Assembly: GCA_028717685.1 (NCBI GenBank)
Contig: JAQUNI010000001.1
Coordinates: 481,094 to 545,093, forward strand
DNA length: 64,000 nt
Direction: 5' to 3'
From: Patescibacteria group bacterium
GTDB taxonomy: Bacteria; Patescibacteriota; JAQUNI01
Numbering within the stretch: position 1 is the first letter of the stretch; each line of letters begins with the position of its first letter. The notes below the pieces were generated by a model, which saw only the letters and a program-made list of their open reading frames with translations, was not told the origin of the DNA and did no database searches. A program made the position numbers and the translations under genes. Positions 1-9,639 of the stretch are shown here, in pieces.

Positions 1-142
1 TAATGACTTTATTTAAAAAAAGGTTCTTAAAAATTTTTTCATTTTAGATTTTAGTTTTTATTTTTTCATTTTCAATTTTTAATTTATTCAAGGGCTCGTA
101 GCTCAAGTCTTGCCCCACACCATTTTCTACAAATAAGAGGAA

Positions 143-216
143 GGGTATATAGCTCAGTTGGTTAGAGCGCTACGTTGACATCGTAGAGGTCTCTGGTTCA
201 AATCCAGATATACCCA
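143..216 (+). tRNA. tRNA-Val (anticodon GAC)
   Basis: Cloverleaf: acceptor gggtata/tataccc, D-arm agctcagttggttagagc, anticodon stem ctacg/cgtag with loop ttGACat, T-arm tctgg-ttcaaat-ccaga. Confidence 0.85.
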
Positions 217-269
217 CAAAAAATAGGTAATGAGGACTGGGAAAGTATTTAATTTTAATAAATAAAATG

Positions 270-338
270 GTGCGGGGTGAAGTTAGAGCGCTACGTTGAC
301 ATCACAAGAGGTCTCTGGTTCAAGTCTGCACGAGCCCA
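270..338 (+). pseudogene. degenerate partial copy of tRNA-Val(GAC) (anticodon-arm and T-arm region) preceded by 'gtgcggggtgaa' leader
   Basis: Sequence gttagagcgctacgttgacatc...ggtctctggttcaa closely matches the 3' two-thirds of the upstream tRNA but lacks a pairing acceptor/D-arm and T-stem. Confidence 0.5.
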
Positions 339-445
339 CCTACGCTAAAGCTTCGGTGGGTGAACCCACAAAAAAAGCGTAAAACTAAAAGCAAAAAAAA
401 CGTAAAATAAAAAATTTAATTTAGAATTTATTTTGGAAAGGAAAA

Positions 446-1381
446 ATGAACAAATTTATTGTTCAAGTAAAAGATAAAGAGGAACGGTTGGACAAATTTT
501 TAGTGCGCAAGTTTCCACAATATTCGCGCTCCCATTTACAAAAGAATATTAAAAGAGGACGAGTCGCTGTAAACAGAGAGAATGACAAAAAACCTGATTA
601 CAGGCTTAAAGCGGGGGATATTGTTGAAGCTGACATTAAACCTTTAGAAATGGTTAGTTTGGCTCCAGATAAAACTATCCCTTTAGATATTGTTTATGAA
701 AACGATGATCTGTTGGTAATTAATAAGCGAGCCGGAATTGTAGTGCACGCCGGGGTGGGACGAACAAAAAACAATTTAGTTAATGCTCTGATTGCTCACT
801 ATCCTAAAATTAAAAAAGTGGGCGATGCGCCCGACATTCGCCCCGGCATTGTTCACCGGTTAGATAAAGACGCTTCTGGATTGATGGTAATAGCAAAAAA
901 TAATCCCTCTTTCCAATACCTCAAAGGGTTATTTCAGAAAAGAAGAATTGAAAAGATATATCTCTCCCTAGTTTGGGGCAATTTTAAGGAAAAAAGAGGC
1001 AAAATCAATACGCCTCTGGCAAAGAATCCAAACAATCCGGCAAAAATGGTCGTGGTCCAGAACCCTAAAGATTCCTTGCAAAGACGCGCTAAAGCGGCTT
1101 TAACCGAATTTGAGGTGATAGAACAGTTTGACAATACCGCCTATATTAAAGTATATTTAAGAACAGGACGGCGGCATCAAATCCGCGTCCATTTTAAATC
1201 CATTGGTCATCCTTTAGTCAATGATCGTTTTTATGGTTATCGCAAACAGCGGTTCTTGGGTTCAGGTCGTCTTTTTCTCCACGCGAGCGAATTGACTTTT
1301 ACTTCTCCGCAGGGCAAAAAATTATCATTTACCTCTAAATTGCCTAATGATTTACAAGAAATCCTAACGCAGCAGGAATAA
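446..1381 (+). CDS. rluD: 23S rRNA pseudouridine synthase, RluA/RluD family (S4 domain + catalytic HRLDKDASG motif)
   Basis: N-terminal S4-like region (LDKFLV...RSHLQKNIKRGRVAVN), conserved HRLDxxxSG catalytic motif, 311 aa. Confidence 0.85.
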   Translation: MNKFIVQVKDKEERLDKFLVRKFPQYSRSHLQKNIKRGRVAVNRENDKKPDYRLKAGDIVEADIKPLEMVSLAPDKTIPLDIVYENDDLLVINKRAGIVVHAGVGRTKNNLVNALIAHYPKIKKVGDAPDIRPGIVHRLDKDASGLMVIAKNNPSFQYLKGLFQKRRIEKIYLSLVWGNFKEKRGKINTPLAKNPNNPAKMVVVQNPKDSLQRRAKAALTEFEVIEQFDNTAYIKVYLRTGRRHQIRVHFKSIGHPLVNDRFYGYRKQRFLGSGRLFLHASELTFTSPQGKKLSFTSKLPNDLQEILTQQE

Positions 1382-1432
1382 AGAAAGAGGAGGGAGGATA
1401 ATATTCATAAAGCCTCCCGCTATTCCTTATTC

Positions 1433-1930
1433 ATGATTCATAATTCCATGATTCCATTAATAGACGAATTCAAAAAAACTAACATACGCTCGGATGTCCC
1501 AAATTTTCGTCCCGGCTACACTATCCGCGTCCACCAAAAAATCCAGGAAAAAGGAAAGGAAAGAATTCAAATCTTTGAAGGGATGGTTATCGCGCGTAAA
1601 AAAGGAAAAAGCGCGGAAGCCACTTTTACCGTCCGCAAGATCTCTCAAGGAATCGGCGTGGAGAGAATTTTCCCTTTATATTCTCCCCATATTGCCGCAA
1701 TAGAGGTCGTAAAAACCGCAAGGCCCCGTCGGGCAAAATTATATTATCTGCGCCGCCGCGAACGCGAAAAAATGCGACGGGAAGAGAGGGTCAAGAAAAG
1801 AGAAGTGAAAATTGTCAAAACAGCGGATAAGAAAAAAGAAGTACCAGAGAAAAAGCAAGAAACCCCAAAACCCAAAGAAGAAGGAAAACATACAAAAAAA
1901 GAATCTAAACTAAAAAAATCTTCAAAATAA
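1433..1930 (+). CDS. rplS: 50S ribosomal protein L19 with Lys/Glu-rich C-terminal extension
   Basis: Strong similarity to L19 core ([13 protein letters not shown]...FEGMVIARK...FTVRKIS.G.GVERIF...AKLYYLR). Confidence 0.9.
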   Translation: MIHNSMIPLIDEFKKTNIRSDVPNFRPGYTIRVHQKIQEKGKERIQIFEGMVIARKKGKSAEATFTVRKISQGIGVERIFPLYSPHIAAIEVVKTARPRRAKLYYLRRREREKMRREERVKKREVKIVKTADKKKEVPEKKQETPKPKEEGKHTKKESKLKKSSK

Positions 1931-1943
1931 AATTGTCTTCCTA

Positions 1944-2028
1944 GCCCAGGTGGCGGAATTTGGTATACGCACAAGACTGAGGCTCTTGGCCATTTTTTGG
2001 CATCCGGGTTCAAGTCCCGGCCTGGGCA
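1944..2028 (+). tRNA. tRNA-Leu (anticodon GAG), long variable arm
   Basis: Acceptor gcccagg/cctgggc, anticodon stem caaga/tcttg loop ctGAGgc, long variable arm gccattttttggcatc, T-arm cgggttcaagtcccgg. Confidence 0.8.
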
Positions 2029-2077
2029 CAAAAAAAATGAAAAATGAAAAATTCAAAACTTAAAATGTCTTAATCTT

Positions 2078-2410
2078 ATGGCAAATTTTGATGACTTCTT
2101 AAAATTAGATATTCGGGTGGGAAAAATTATTGATGCCGAGGAACTGCCAAATCCAAAACACACTACCCATAAAATCACCATTGATTTCGGGGAGGAAATT
2201 GGCAAAAAAGTCTCTGGCGCTCGTCTCGTTCGCTACACCGAAAAACAGTTAATCGGCAAACTGGTCTTAGGCGTTGTAAATTTACCGCCCAAACAAATCG
2301 GGCAATTAGCTTCTGAAGTGCTAACATTGGGAGCTATGGATGCCCAAAAAGAATGCGTCCTCATCTCTCCTGACAGTAAAGATGCAATTATTGGCAGTAA
2401 AATTTATTAA
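2078..2410 (+). CDS. tRNA-binding domain protein (CsaA/Trbp111-like, EMAP-II-like OB fold)
   Basis: LDIRVGKII.AEELP...KLV.GVVNLPPKQIG pattern typical of CsaA/MetRS C-terminal tRNA-binding domain; 110 aa. Confidence 0.75.
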   Translation: MANFDDFLKLDIRVGKIIDAEELPNPKHTTHKITIDFGEEIGKKVSGARLVRYTEKQLIGKLVLGVVNLPPKQIGQLASEVLTLGAMDAQKECVLISPDSKDAIIGSKIY

Positions 2411-2452
2411 ACCCGCCTAAATTTTTGGGTATGTAGACCAGTCTTCTGTCGG

Positions 2453-2525
2453 GGACGCATAGCTCAGCTGGTAGAGCGCCTCGTTTACACCGAGGAGGTC
2501 ATAGGTCCGAGTCCTATTGCGTCCA
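2453..2525 (+). tRNA. tRNA-Val (anticodon TAC)
   Basis: Acceptor ggacgca/tgcgtcc, D-arm agctcagctggtagagc, anticodon stem cctcg/cgagg loop ttTACac, T-arm atagg-tccgagt-cctat. Confidence 0.85.
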
Positions 2526-2530
2526 CAAAT

Positions 2531-2600
2531 GTGCGGGGTGAAACTAAAGCGTCTTGTCTACACCGAGAATGATTGAGATTGAAATCCTACATTGCCTACA
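2531..2600 (+). pseudogene. degenerate partial copy of tRNA-Val(TAC) preceded by 'gtgcggggtgaa' leader
   Basis: gcgtcttgtctacaccgagaatgattgagattgaaatcctacattgcctaca is about 70% identical to the anticodon/T-arm/acceptor-3' part of the tRNA immediately upstream; same leader as at 270-281. Confidence 0.5.
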
Positions 2601-2675
2601 GAGTAAATTAAAAATGAAAAGTAAAAAATGTAAAATTGAATTTTTAATTTTTCATTTTGAATTTTAAATTGTTTT

Positions 2676-2749
2676 GGGCGTGTAGCTCAGTTGGTTAGAG
2701 CGTCGCTCTGATAAGGCGAAGGTCTGTGGTCCGAATCCACACACGCCCA
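2676..2749 (+). tRNA. tRNA-Ile (anticodon GAT)
   Basis: Acceptor gggcgtg/cacgccc, D-arm agctcagttggttagagc, anticodon loop ctGATaa, T-arm tgtgg-tccgaat-ccaca. Confidence 0.85.
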
Positions 2750-2815
2750 CAAAAGAAGCTAAAAGTAAAAAACTAAAAACTGCTAAGATATTTTATGGAA
2801 AATGTAGAATAAATA

Positions 2816-3130
2816 ATGGTATTTACAGAGAGTAAAAAATTTCAACGCAATAAAGAAGATTTCACGTGCGTAAAATGTGGTTCTCTGGTTCATGGCAATG
2901 GCTATACCAACCATTGTCCCCATTGTCTTTGGAGCAAGCATGTGGATTTCCAACCTGGCGACCGCCAAGAGGGATGCCAAGGCATGATGCAGCCTATAAG
3001 CGTTGAGCTTCGGAAAGGGATATTTATCCTTACCCATCGTTGTCTTAAATGCGGAAAACGGAAAACTAATCGCGCCGCTCACGAAGACAATTTAGAGCTT
3101 ATTCTGCAACTATCTCAAAACACAAACTAA
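2816..3130 (+). CDS. small zinc-ribbon protein, RNHCP-domain-like (CxxC...NHCPHC...CxxC)
   Basis: Two CxxC pairs flanking a TNHCPHC motif; 104 aa; no other recognisable domain. Confidence 0.45.
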   Translation: MVFTESKKFQRNKEDFTCVKCGSLVHGNGYTNHCPHCLWSKHVDFQPGDRQEGCQGMMQPISVELRKGIFILTHRCLKCGKRKTNRAAHEDNLELILQLSQNTN

Positions 3131-3195
3131 TCATTGCGTCACTCTAAATACAAGACCTTAAACCCAGGCTTCAAGGTTTAAACCTGCTAAATAAG

Positions 3196-3251
3196 ACCCC
3201 ATTAGATAACCTCATTCTCTAAACCTATTTAGAAATTTATTTCTAACGGGG
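3196..3251. repeat. palindromic CCCCGTTAGA...TCTAACGGGG repeat family, full copy (about 56 nt)
   Basis: accccattagataacctcattctctaaacctatttagaaatttatttctaacgggg; about 85% identical to the copy at 10649-10705. Confidence 0.7.
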
Positions 3252-3311
3252 TAAATATAATTTTGGTCAAAGCAGGAAATTTATATTATAATAAAAAGGG
3301 AAAAGATAAAG

Positions 3312-4058
3312 ATGCAAGAAAAAATAAATCCACAACCACTCCCAGGAATAAAAGTCCTCTTTCGAGAAACCACGGATTTTTTTCGGGAACATTTTAGCCT
3401 GCTCATTTCCCTTTCTCTAATTTTAATGGGCATTGTGTTGATTTTTAGTTTTATCTTGGGCATCTTCGGCTCCAGCCTCGCTCTCCTTGTAAGCCTAGCG
3501 AAACAAAAAGTCCTTTTTCTGATAATGATAATTATTTTTGCCATCTTGAGCATCTCATTGCTCATTGCCGCATTGATCTTCCAAATTTTAGCCCAAGGAA
3601 CAGTAATCTTGGCAATTATCCAGAAAGATCATCGCCGTGAAACAGATATCAAAAAAATTTGGCATGAAATTTTTTCCCAAGCTAAATCAATAATTTGGGT
3701 GAATATTCTTACTTTTCTGGCGACTTTAGGCGGTTATCTGCTCTTATTTATTCCCGGCCTCATTTTCGGTCTTTGGTTTAGCTTTGGGATATTCGTCCTT
3801 TTGCAAGAAAAACAAGTTGGACGCGCCGCGCTTAAAAGAAGCAGGGCATTGGTCAAGGGATATTTTTGGCCCATTGCCTTCAGAATCTTTATTCTGACCC
3901 TAATTATTGGCGGATCATCTATTTTCTGTTCCCTGATTCCTCTTTTCGGCAATGCATTAGGGATGGCTATCAGCTTGTTTGCCTTGCCTTTTATGTATAT
4001 CTATCTTTACTTAATATACAAAAATCTTCTTGAGCTTAAAAAAGTGAATCAAAATTAA
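3312..4058 (+). CDS. hypothetical polytopic membrane protein
   Basis: 248 aa, about 6 predicted hydrophobic helices; no motif recognised. Confidence 0.4.
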   Translation: MQEKINPQPLPGIKVLFRETTDFFREHFSLLISLSLILMGIVLIFSFILGIFGSSLALLVSLAKQKVLFLIMIIIFAILSISLLIAALIFQILAQGTVILAIIQKDHRRETDIKKIWHEIFSQAKSIIWVNILTFLATLGGYLLLFIPGLIFGLWFSFGIFVLLQEKQVGRAALKRSRALVKGYFWPIAFRIFILTLIIGGSSIFCSLIPLFGNALGMAISLFALPFMYIYLYLIYKNLLELKKVNQN

Positions 4059-4075
4059 TGGTTCGGCCCCGCTCC

Positions 4076-4110
4076 GCCGAAGTCCGCCTTGGGTGGACGG
4101 AGGCGAGCAA
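4076..4110 (+). repeat. structured GC-rich repeat (ccgccgaagtccgcct..ggcggacg.aggcga), copy 1, just 3' of gene 3312-4058
   Basis: ccgccgaagtccgccttgggtggacggaggcgagc; 29/33 match to 12477-12511. Confidence 0.5.
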
Positions 4111-4189
4111 GCTCACCATTAATTCTCGAACTTTCCCGAAATTAAAATAAACATTCAATCATAATTTGCAAAAAAGGAGGTGATAAAAA

Positions 4190-4882
4190 ATGGACACTTT
4201 AGGGTTGTGGGGCGAAAGCATAGTGGACTCTATAAGCAAAGTCTGGGCGAGCTTCATTATTTTTACCCCTAAATTATTTGGCGCGATTCTCGTAATGGTC
4301 TTGGGCGTATTTATCGCGATCGGCATTGCTAAAATCGTCCGCCGCATTATTAACGCTTTTCGTATTACGACTATCCTGCAAAAAACCAATATTGATGAAA
4401 TAGTAGAACGAGCGGGAATAAAATTTGACGTCGGACAACTCGGATACTGGCTAGTGAAATGGTTTCTCGTGATTGCTTTCTTTATGGCGGCTGCGGAAAT
4501 TCTTAATCTGCCGCAAGTGTCGCAATTCCTGGGTAAAATCTTGTTCTATGTTCCCAACGTGATTGTGGCGGTATTGATTATGCTGATCGGCACCATTTTG
4601 GCTAATTTCCTCTACCGTCTGGTGGAAAAAAGCGCTAAGGCTGCCGATTTAACAGTTTCTGCGCGCCTGCTCGCCGAGCTTTCCCGCTGGTCTGTGCTTA
4701 TCTTCAGTTTGATGGCTGCGTTAATCCAACTCAAGATCGCCGCGGATTTAATTCGCACTCTCTTCACGGGATTGATAGCGATGCTCGCAATCGCGGGCGG
4801 GATTGCTTTTGGCTTAGGAGGCAAGGACGAGGCAAAGCGGGTTGTGGAAAAATTGAAAGGTATACGCAATAAAAAATATTAG
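4190..4882 (+). CDS. membrane protein with repeated conserved TM-helix units (MscS-associated 'TM_helix'-like)
   Basis: 230 aa; repeated pattern of hydrophobic helix followed by short charged linker, reminiscent of PF05552-type repeats; inference only. Confidence 0.4.
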   Translation: MDTLGLWGESIVDSISKVWASFIIFTPKLFGAILVMVLGVFIAIGIAKIVRRIINAFRITTILQKTNIDEIVERAGIKFDVGQLGYWLVKWFLVIAFFMAAAEILNLPQVSQFLGKILFYVPNVIVAVLIMLIGTILANFLYRLVEKSAKAADLTVSARLLAELSRWSVLIFSLMAALIQLKIAADLIRTLFTGLIAMLAIAGGIAFGLGGKDEAKRVVEKLKGIRNKKY

Positions 4883-5013
4883 ACTAAAAAATCCCATCCT
4901 CCGTAGCGAATAAGAAAAACCGCGCCATAAGGGGTCTATCTATTATGTCTTTGGTATTCTTTAGCGTGGCGGTCAATAATCAAAATCGTTGCGGAGGATG
5001 GGAAAAACATCCC

Positions 5014-5041
5014 TTGACAGTATTTGGGAGTAAGTTATAAT
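5014..5041 (+). promoter_or_regulatory. sigma70-type promoter (TTGACA - 16 nt - TATAAT) upstream of 23S rRNA
   Basis: Perfect -35 TTGACA at 5014-5019 and perfect -10 TATAAT at 5036-5041, about 335 nt upstream of the 23S 5' end. Confidence 0.75.
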
Positions 5042-5211
5042 GGAAAATAGCTAAAAATTAAATTACTTTAGTTATGTTATATTTCATTTGCTTTATACTT
5101 CAGCGAAGCGGATAAAATCGCATATCTTGTTTTGTTGCCTTGGGGGAACCGCTTCGTCATCAGAGCGGTTTTTTGATTGGTAAAATTTCAAGAGAGAAGC
5201 CGAACTTTTTA

Positions 5212-5241
5212 CCCCATTAGAGAACGAATTTCTCTAACGGG
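5212..5241. repeat. CCCCGTTAGA-family hairpin (short copy) in rRNA leader
   Basis: ccccattagagaacgaatttctctaacggg. Confidence 0.6.
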
Positions 5242-5325
5242 ATTTAACCCACCCTTATTCAAAAAATTTCCTTTTCTCTTGAATGAAGCCGCTTCGTAAA
5301 GGAAAGAACCTTGACAATTGAATAA

Positions 5326-5360
5326 CCCATTTCAGATAAATATGAATTTATCTAATGGGG
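5326..5360. repeat. CCCCGTTAGA-family-like hairpin in rRNA leader
   Basis: cccatttcagataaatatgaatttatctaatgggg. Confidence 0.5.
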
Positions 5361-6420
5361 TCAAAAATGATTAGAAAACAAAGGGCGTATGGCGAATGCC
5401 TTGACTTAAAGAGACGATGAAGGACGTAGCAGGCTGCGATAAGCCTCGGGGAGCTGCCAAGCAAGCTTTGATCCGAGGATTTCCGAATGGGGAAACCCTA
5501 TGTAGAAAACCTACATAATCCGCCCAAATTTTTGGACTGTTAAAAATAAAAAGCTCCTCAAAAGGGGAGCATGTTAAAAAAATTGCTGGCAAAAGTGCTA
5601 AAAAAGGAGAGAGGTTGGAATTAATCTCTTGGGGACATAGGAGCTCCTTAGTCTATTTGGCGCGCGCCTTTAGCTCCACAATTCCAGACTTCACTTTCTC
5701 TCCTTTCGTCATGTTTCTTAGAATCTCCTACGTTCAAGAAACTATCTGTAGCTGTATTGCTACTAATAGTATATAGCAAATTCAAAAAATCATCAACAGT
5801 CTAAAAATTTGGGCGGAAGACAACCCGGGGAACTGAAACATCTTAGTACCCGGAGGAAAAGAAAAAAAATCCGCGCTTTGCGCGGAACATTCCCTGAGTA
5901 GTGGCGAGCGAAAGGGGAAGAGCCTAAACCTGTCGCCGCAACTCACTGTGTTCCCCTCACATCCGTTCGGGGTAAACTTTTCAGTTTACTCCGATGAGCG
6001 AAGCGACGAGGAGAGCCTAGCGAGTTGCGACGGCCGGGGTTATAAGACGAATACGCTATCAGGGCAACCTGGTACAGAGTTTAATAAAATGCGACTTGCC
6101 TAGCAGAAGGCGCCTGGAACGGCCCACCAAAGAAGGTAAAAGTCCTGTACGCGAAAAGCGTTGCATCTCTGACGTATCTCGTTCTTGAGTACTACACCAC
6201 CAGGGAAATGGTGTAGGAAGTCGGGAGTACTACTAAAGTCGCTCCTCACTTTTGTTCGGAGCTCCTTAAATTTAAAATGCAAAATGAAAAATGCAAAATT
6301 AAGGTAGAAAATTTTGCTTCGCAAAATTTTATTAATTTTAAATTTTGAATTTGTAATTTTAAATTGGAACGACGAGCGAAAGCGAGGAGCGATCTCCCAA
6401 GGCTAAATACTCTTTAAGAT

Positions 6421-6457
<37 letters not shown>

Positions 6458-8891
6458 CATCCCGGTGAGGGAGATGAAATAGTATCTGAAACCATACGCT
6501 TACAAAGAGTGGGAGCCACCGTGCCTCACTGCGTTCGGCACGGAATTTCTAATTTCTAATTAACCGAATTTCTAATCAATTTCTAATGCCTTAATGTCTA
6601 ATGTCCAAAAATTTTTGGTCATTGGGTTATTGGTCATTGGGATTTGATTAGAAATTAAAAATTAGAAATTAGTCATTCCGCCACGCCGAGCATAGCGAGG
6701 CGCGGTGGTGACCGCGTGCTTTTTGTAGAACGAACCAACGAGTTAGCTGTGTATTGCTCGTATAAGTCCGTTTTAAGCGGACGTATGCAAAGTGAAAGCG
6801 AGCGTTAATAGCGCGTTTTAATTCATTAGGCAAATAGAATTCTTCTGTTTGCCTTAATAATTAAAGGCAGTACGCACTAGACCCGAAGCCAGACGAGCTA
6901 GCCTTGGTCAGGGTGAACTTTGGGTAACACCAAAGGGAGGCCCGCACCCATTGGTCGTGTAAAGCCATGGGATGAACTGAGGCTAGAGGAGAAATTCCAA
7001 TCGAGTCTGGTGATAGCTGGTTCTCCCCGAAATAGCTTTAGGGCTAGCGTCCTATTTACAAATTTGGAGGTAGAGCACTGGATGGAGCAGGATGGGATTA
7101 CTCCCTACCTGTCCCAACTAAACTCCGAATTCCAAACTTTTACGATAGGGCAGTCAGAACGGCGCGGATAAGCGCGTCGCTCAAAAGGGAAACAGCCCAG
7201 ATTCTTATCTAAGGTCCCTAAGTTCAAGTTAAGTGGTAAAGGAAGTGAGATTACAGAGACAATTAGGAGGTTGGCTTAGAAGCAGCCATCCTTTAAAGAA
7301 AGCGTAACAGCTCACTAATCGATCGTGATCTTGCGCCGAAAATGTAACGGGGCTCAAACTTGACACCGAAGATAGAAACCGTTGCTCCGCAACGGAAGCT
7401 CCAATAATCAAGAATCAAATTCCAAACAAGAACCAATAACCGAAATTCAAATAACCAAACAATCTGGTTTTGAACTTTGGAAATTGGGATTTAAGATTTG
7501 TTTGGAAATTGGGATTTAAGATTTGGAATTTCCGCCGCGGAGCGGCGGTGGTAGGGGAGCATTCTATATCCAGTAAAGCCAGCCTGTAAGGACTGGTGGA
7601 GGATATAGAAGAGAGAATGTTGGTATGAGTAACCTAAAGTCCGGTGCGAAACCGGACCACCGTAAGTCTAAGGTTTCCTGGGCAACGTTAATCAACCCAG
7701 GGTTAGTCGATCCTAAGTCGCAAAAAACGACGATGGAAGAGTAGGTTAATATTCCTACACTACTATTAATTTTGACGGAGGGACGCCACAGGATAGATTT
7801 CGTGTCCTAATGGTTTAGGCATTGCTGATCCGTAGCCGGAAGAAACAGGCAAATCCGTTTCTTCAATTCCAAACGGCGAAGATTATCAAAAGGTTTATTC
7901 CGCAAGGAATAGGTCAATGAAATTGATTCCAGTGGCCAAGAAAAACTCCTAAAATTAGATTAATAGTACTCGTACCGTAAACCAACACAGGTAGACGGGT
8001 AGAGGATACCAAGGTGTTCGGGTGATCCTTAGCTAAGGAATTCGGCAAAACAACTAGGTGTAAGTTCGCAAGATACCTTGCCTCAAAACATTTCGCTTGC
8101 GCTTCGTGTTTCTTAAGAAATCCCAAAAATCAAGCGCCAAGCATCAAACAAATTACAAACAGAAAAATTCCAAGCTTAAAAGGGTTTGGAATTTAGGAAA
8201 TCGAAATTTAAGATTTGTTTGTCTGGCTTCGCCAGATCTCGCGAGAAGCGAGAAAAATTATGATTTGGGATTTTGAGCACGGAGCGCTAGCGGAGTGCGT
8301 ATGGGGTCGCAGTTAAAGATCCAGGACGACTGTTTACCAAAAACACAGGTCCCTGCAAAGCCAATAAGGCAAAGTATAGGGGCTGACGCTTGGCCAGTGT
8401 CGGAACGTTAAGAGCGGGGGTGAAAGCTCTCGCTTTAAGCGCCGATGAACGCCGGCCGTAACTATAACGGTCCTATGGTAGCGAAATCCCTCGTCACTTG
8501 ATTAGTGACCTGCACGAACAGCGGAACGATCCTGGAACTGTCTTAGCTAAGTGCCCGGTGAAATTGCATTTGCCGGTAAAGATGCCGGCTAGCTGTATCA
8601 AGACGAAAAGACCCCGTGGAGCTTTACTATAGCTTGGTATTGATTTGAGGTTTTGGATGCCGAGAATAGGTGGGAGACTTTGAGCGTCAGCTTTCGGGCT
8701 GACGGGAGTCGCAATATGGAATACCACCCTTTCGGAGTCTTAAATCTAACCCCTTACCTAGCAAGGATTTTTGTGGTAAATTAAGAAATTTTAATCGGAT
8801 TTATATTGTGCCTTAATTACTTAAAAATTCTTAATACTTTAGCGAGCCTAAAGGCTCGTATCTTTGCTAGGTGAGGGGGAAAGTGCCTGGT

Positions 8892-8926
<35 letters not shown>

Positions 8927-9079
8927 CAACGGAGGCGCGTATAAGGTTCCCTTGCTCCGGATGGAAACCGGAGTGAAAGTGTAAAGGCATAAGGGAGCCC
9001 TGCTGCGAGGGGTACATCCCGAGCAGTTACGAAAGTAGACCTTAATGATCCGACTCTTACTTGTAGGAGTGGAGAAGCC

Positions 9080-9114
<35 letters not shown>

Positions 9115-9156
9115 GTCGCGCCCAATAGTCCACATAGACGGCGCGGTTCGGCACCT

Positions 9157-9546
9157 CAACAACATCGGGGTGCCATGGCAGTAATGCCATAACAAAAATC
9201 TGACTTATAACGGTGAAGCCCTAATTCTTTTAATATCTTTTGTGGCATAAGTGATATAATAAGTAAAAGAGATAAATATAAAAGAATGGGTAATACCGTG
9301 GGAAGTTTAACTCAATTTCAAGGCCAAAGTTAAGAAAGATTCTGAATGAAAATATCATTCCATCTATGAAATATAAAATTGAGTTATAACCCCGTAGAGA
9401 CTTGTCCCTAAGGAGGGACGGATAGAAGTGGTGAATCAAATAAATTAAATTACGGCTTCTATAATATGTCAGCCCCCTCACTTTTTAAAGGGGAGGGGTG
9501 AAGATATAGTCCGATCCTCTTAGTAATAAGAGAAAATGCCGACAAG
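9157..9546 (+). other. putative ORF-less group I intron in 23S (between GGCACCU and CGAUGUCGGCUC, peptidyl-transferase region, around E. coli position 2500)
   Basis: 390 nt insertion splitting the invariant GGCACCUCGAUGUCGGCUC block; upstream exon ends in U, insertion ends in G; no ORF. Confidence 0.6.
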
Positions 9547-9639
9547 CGATGTCGGCTCGTCGCATCCTGGAGGTGAAGAAGCTTCCAAGGGTTTGACTGT
9601 TCGCCAATTAAAGCGGTACGCGAGCTGGGTTCAAACCGT

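Noticed and set aside
5311-5339. Second TTGACA (-35) 60 nt upstream of the 23S 5' end as a possible P2 promoter
   Set aside because: No acceptable -10 hexamer at 16-18 nt spacing (best is agataa/gataaa).
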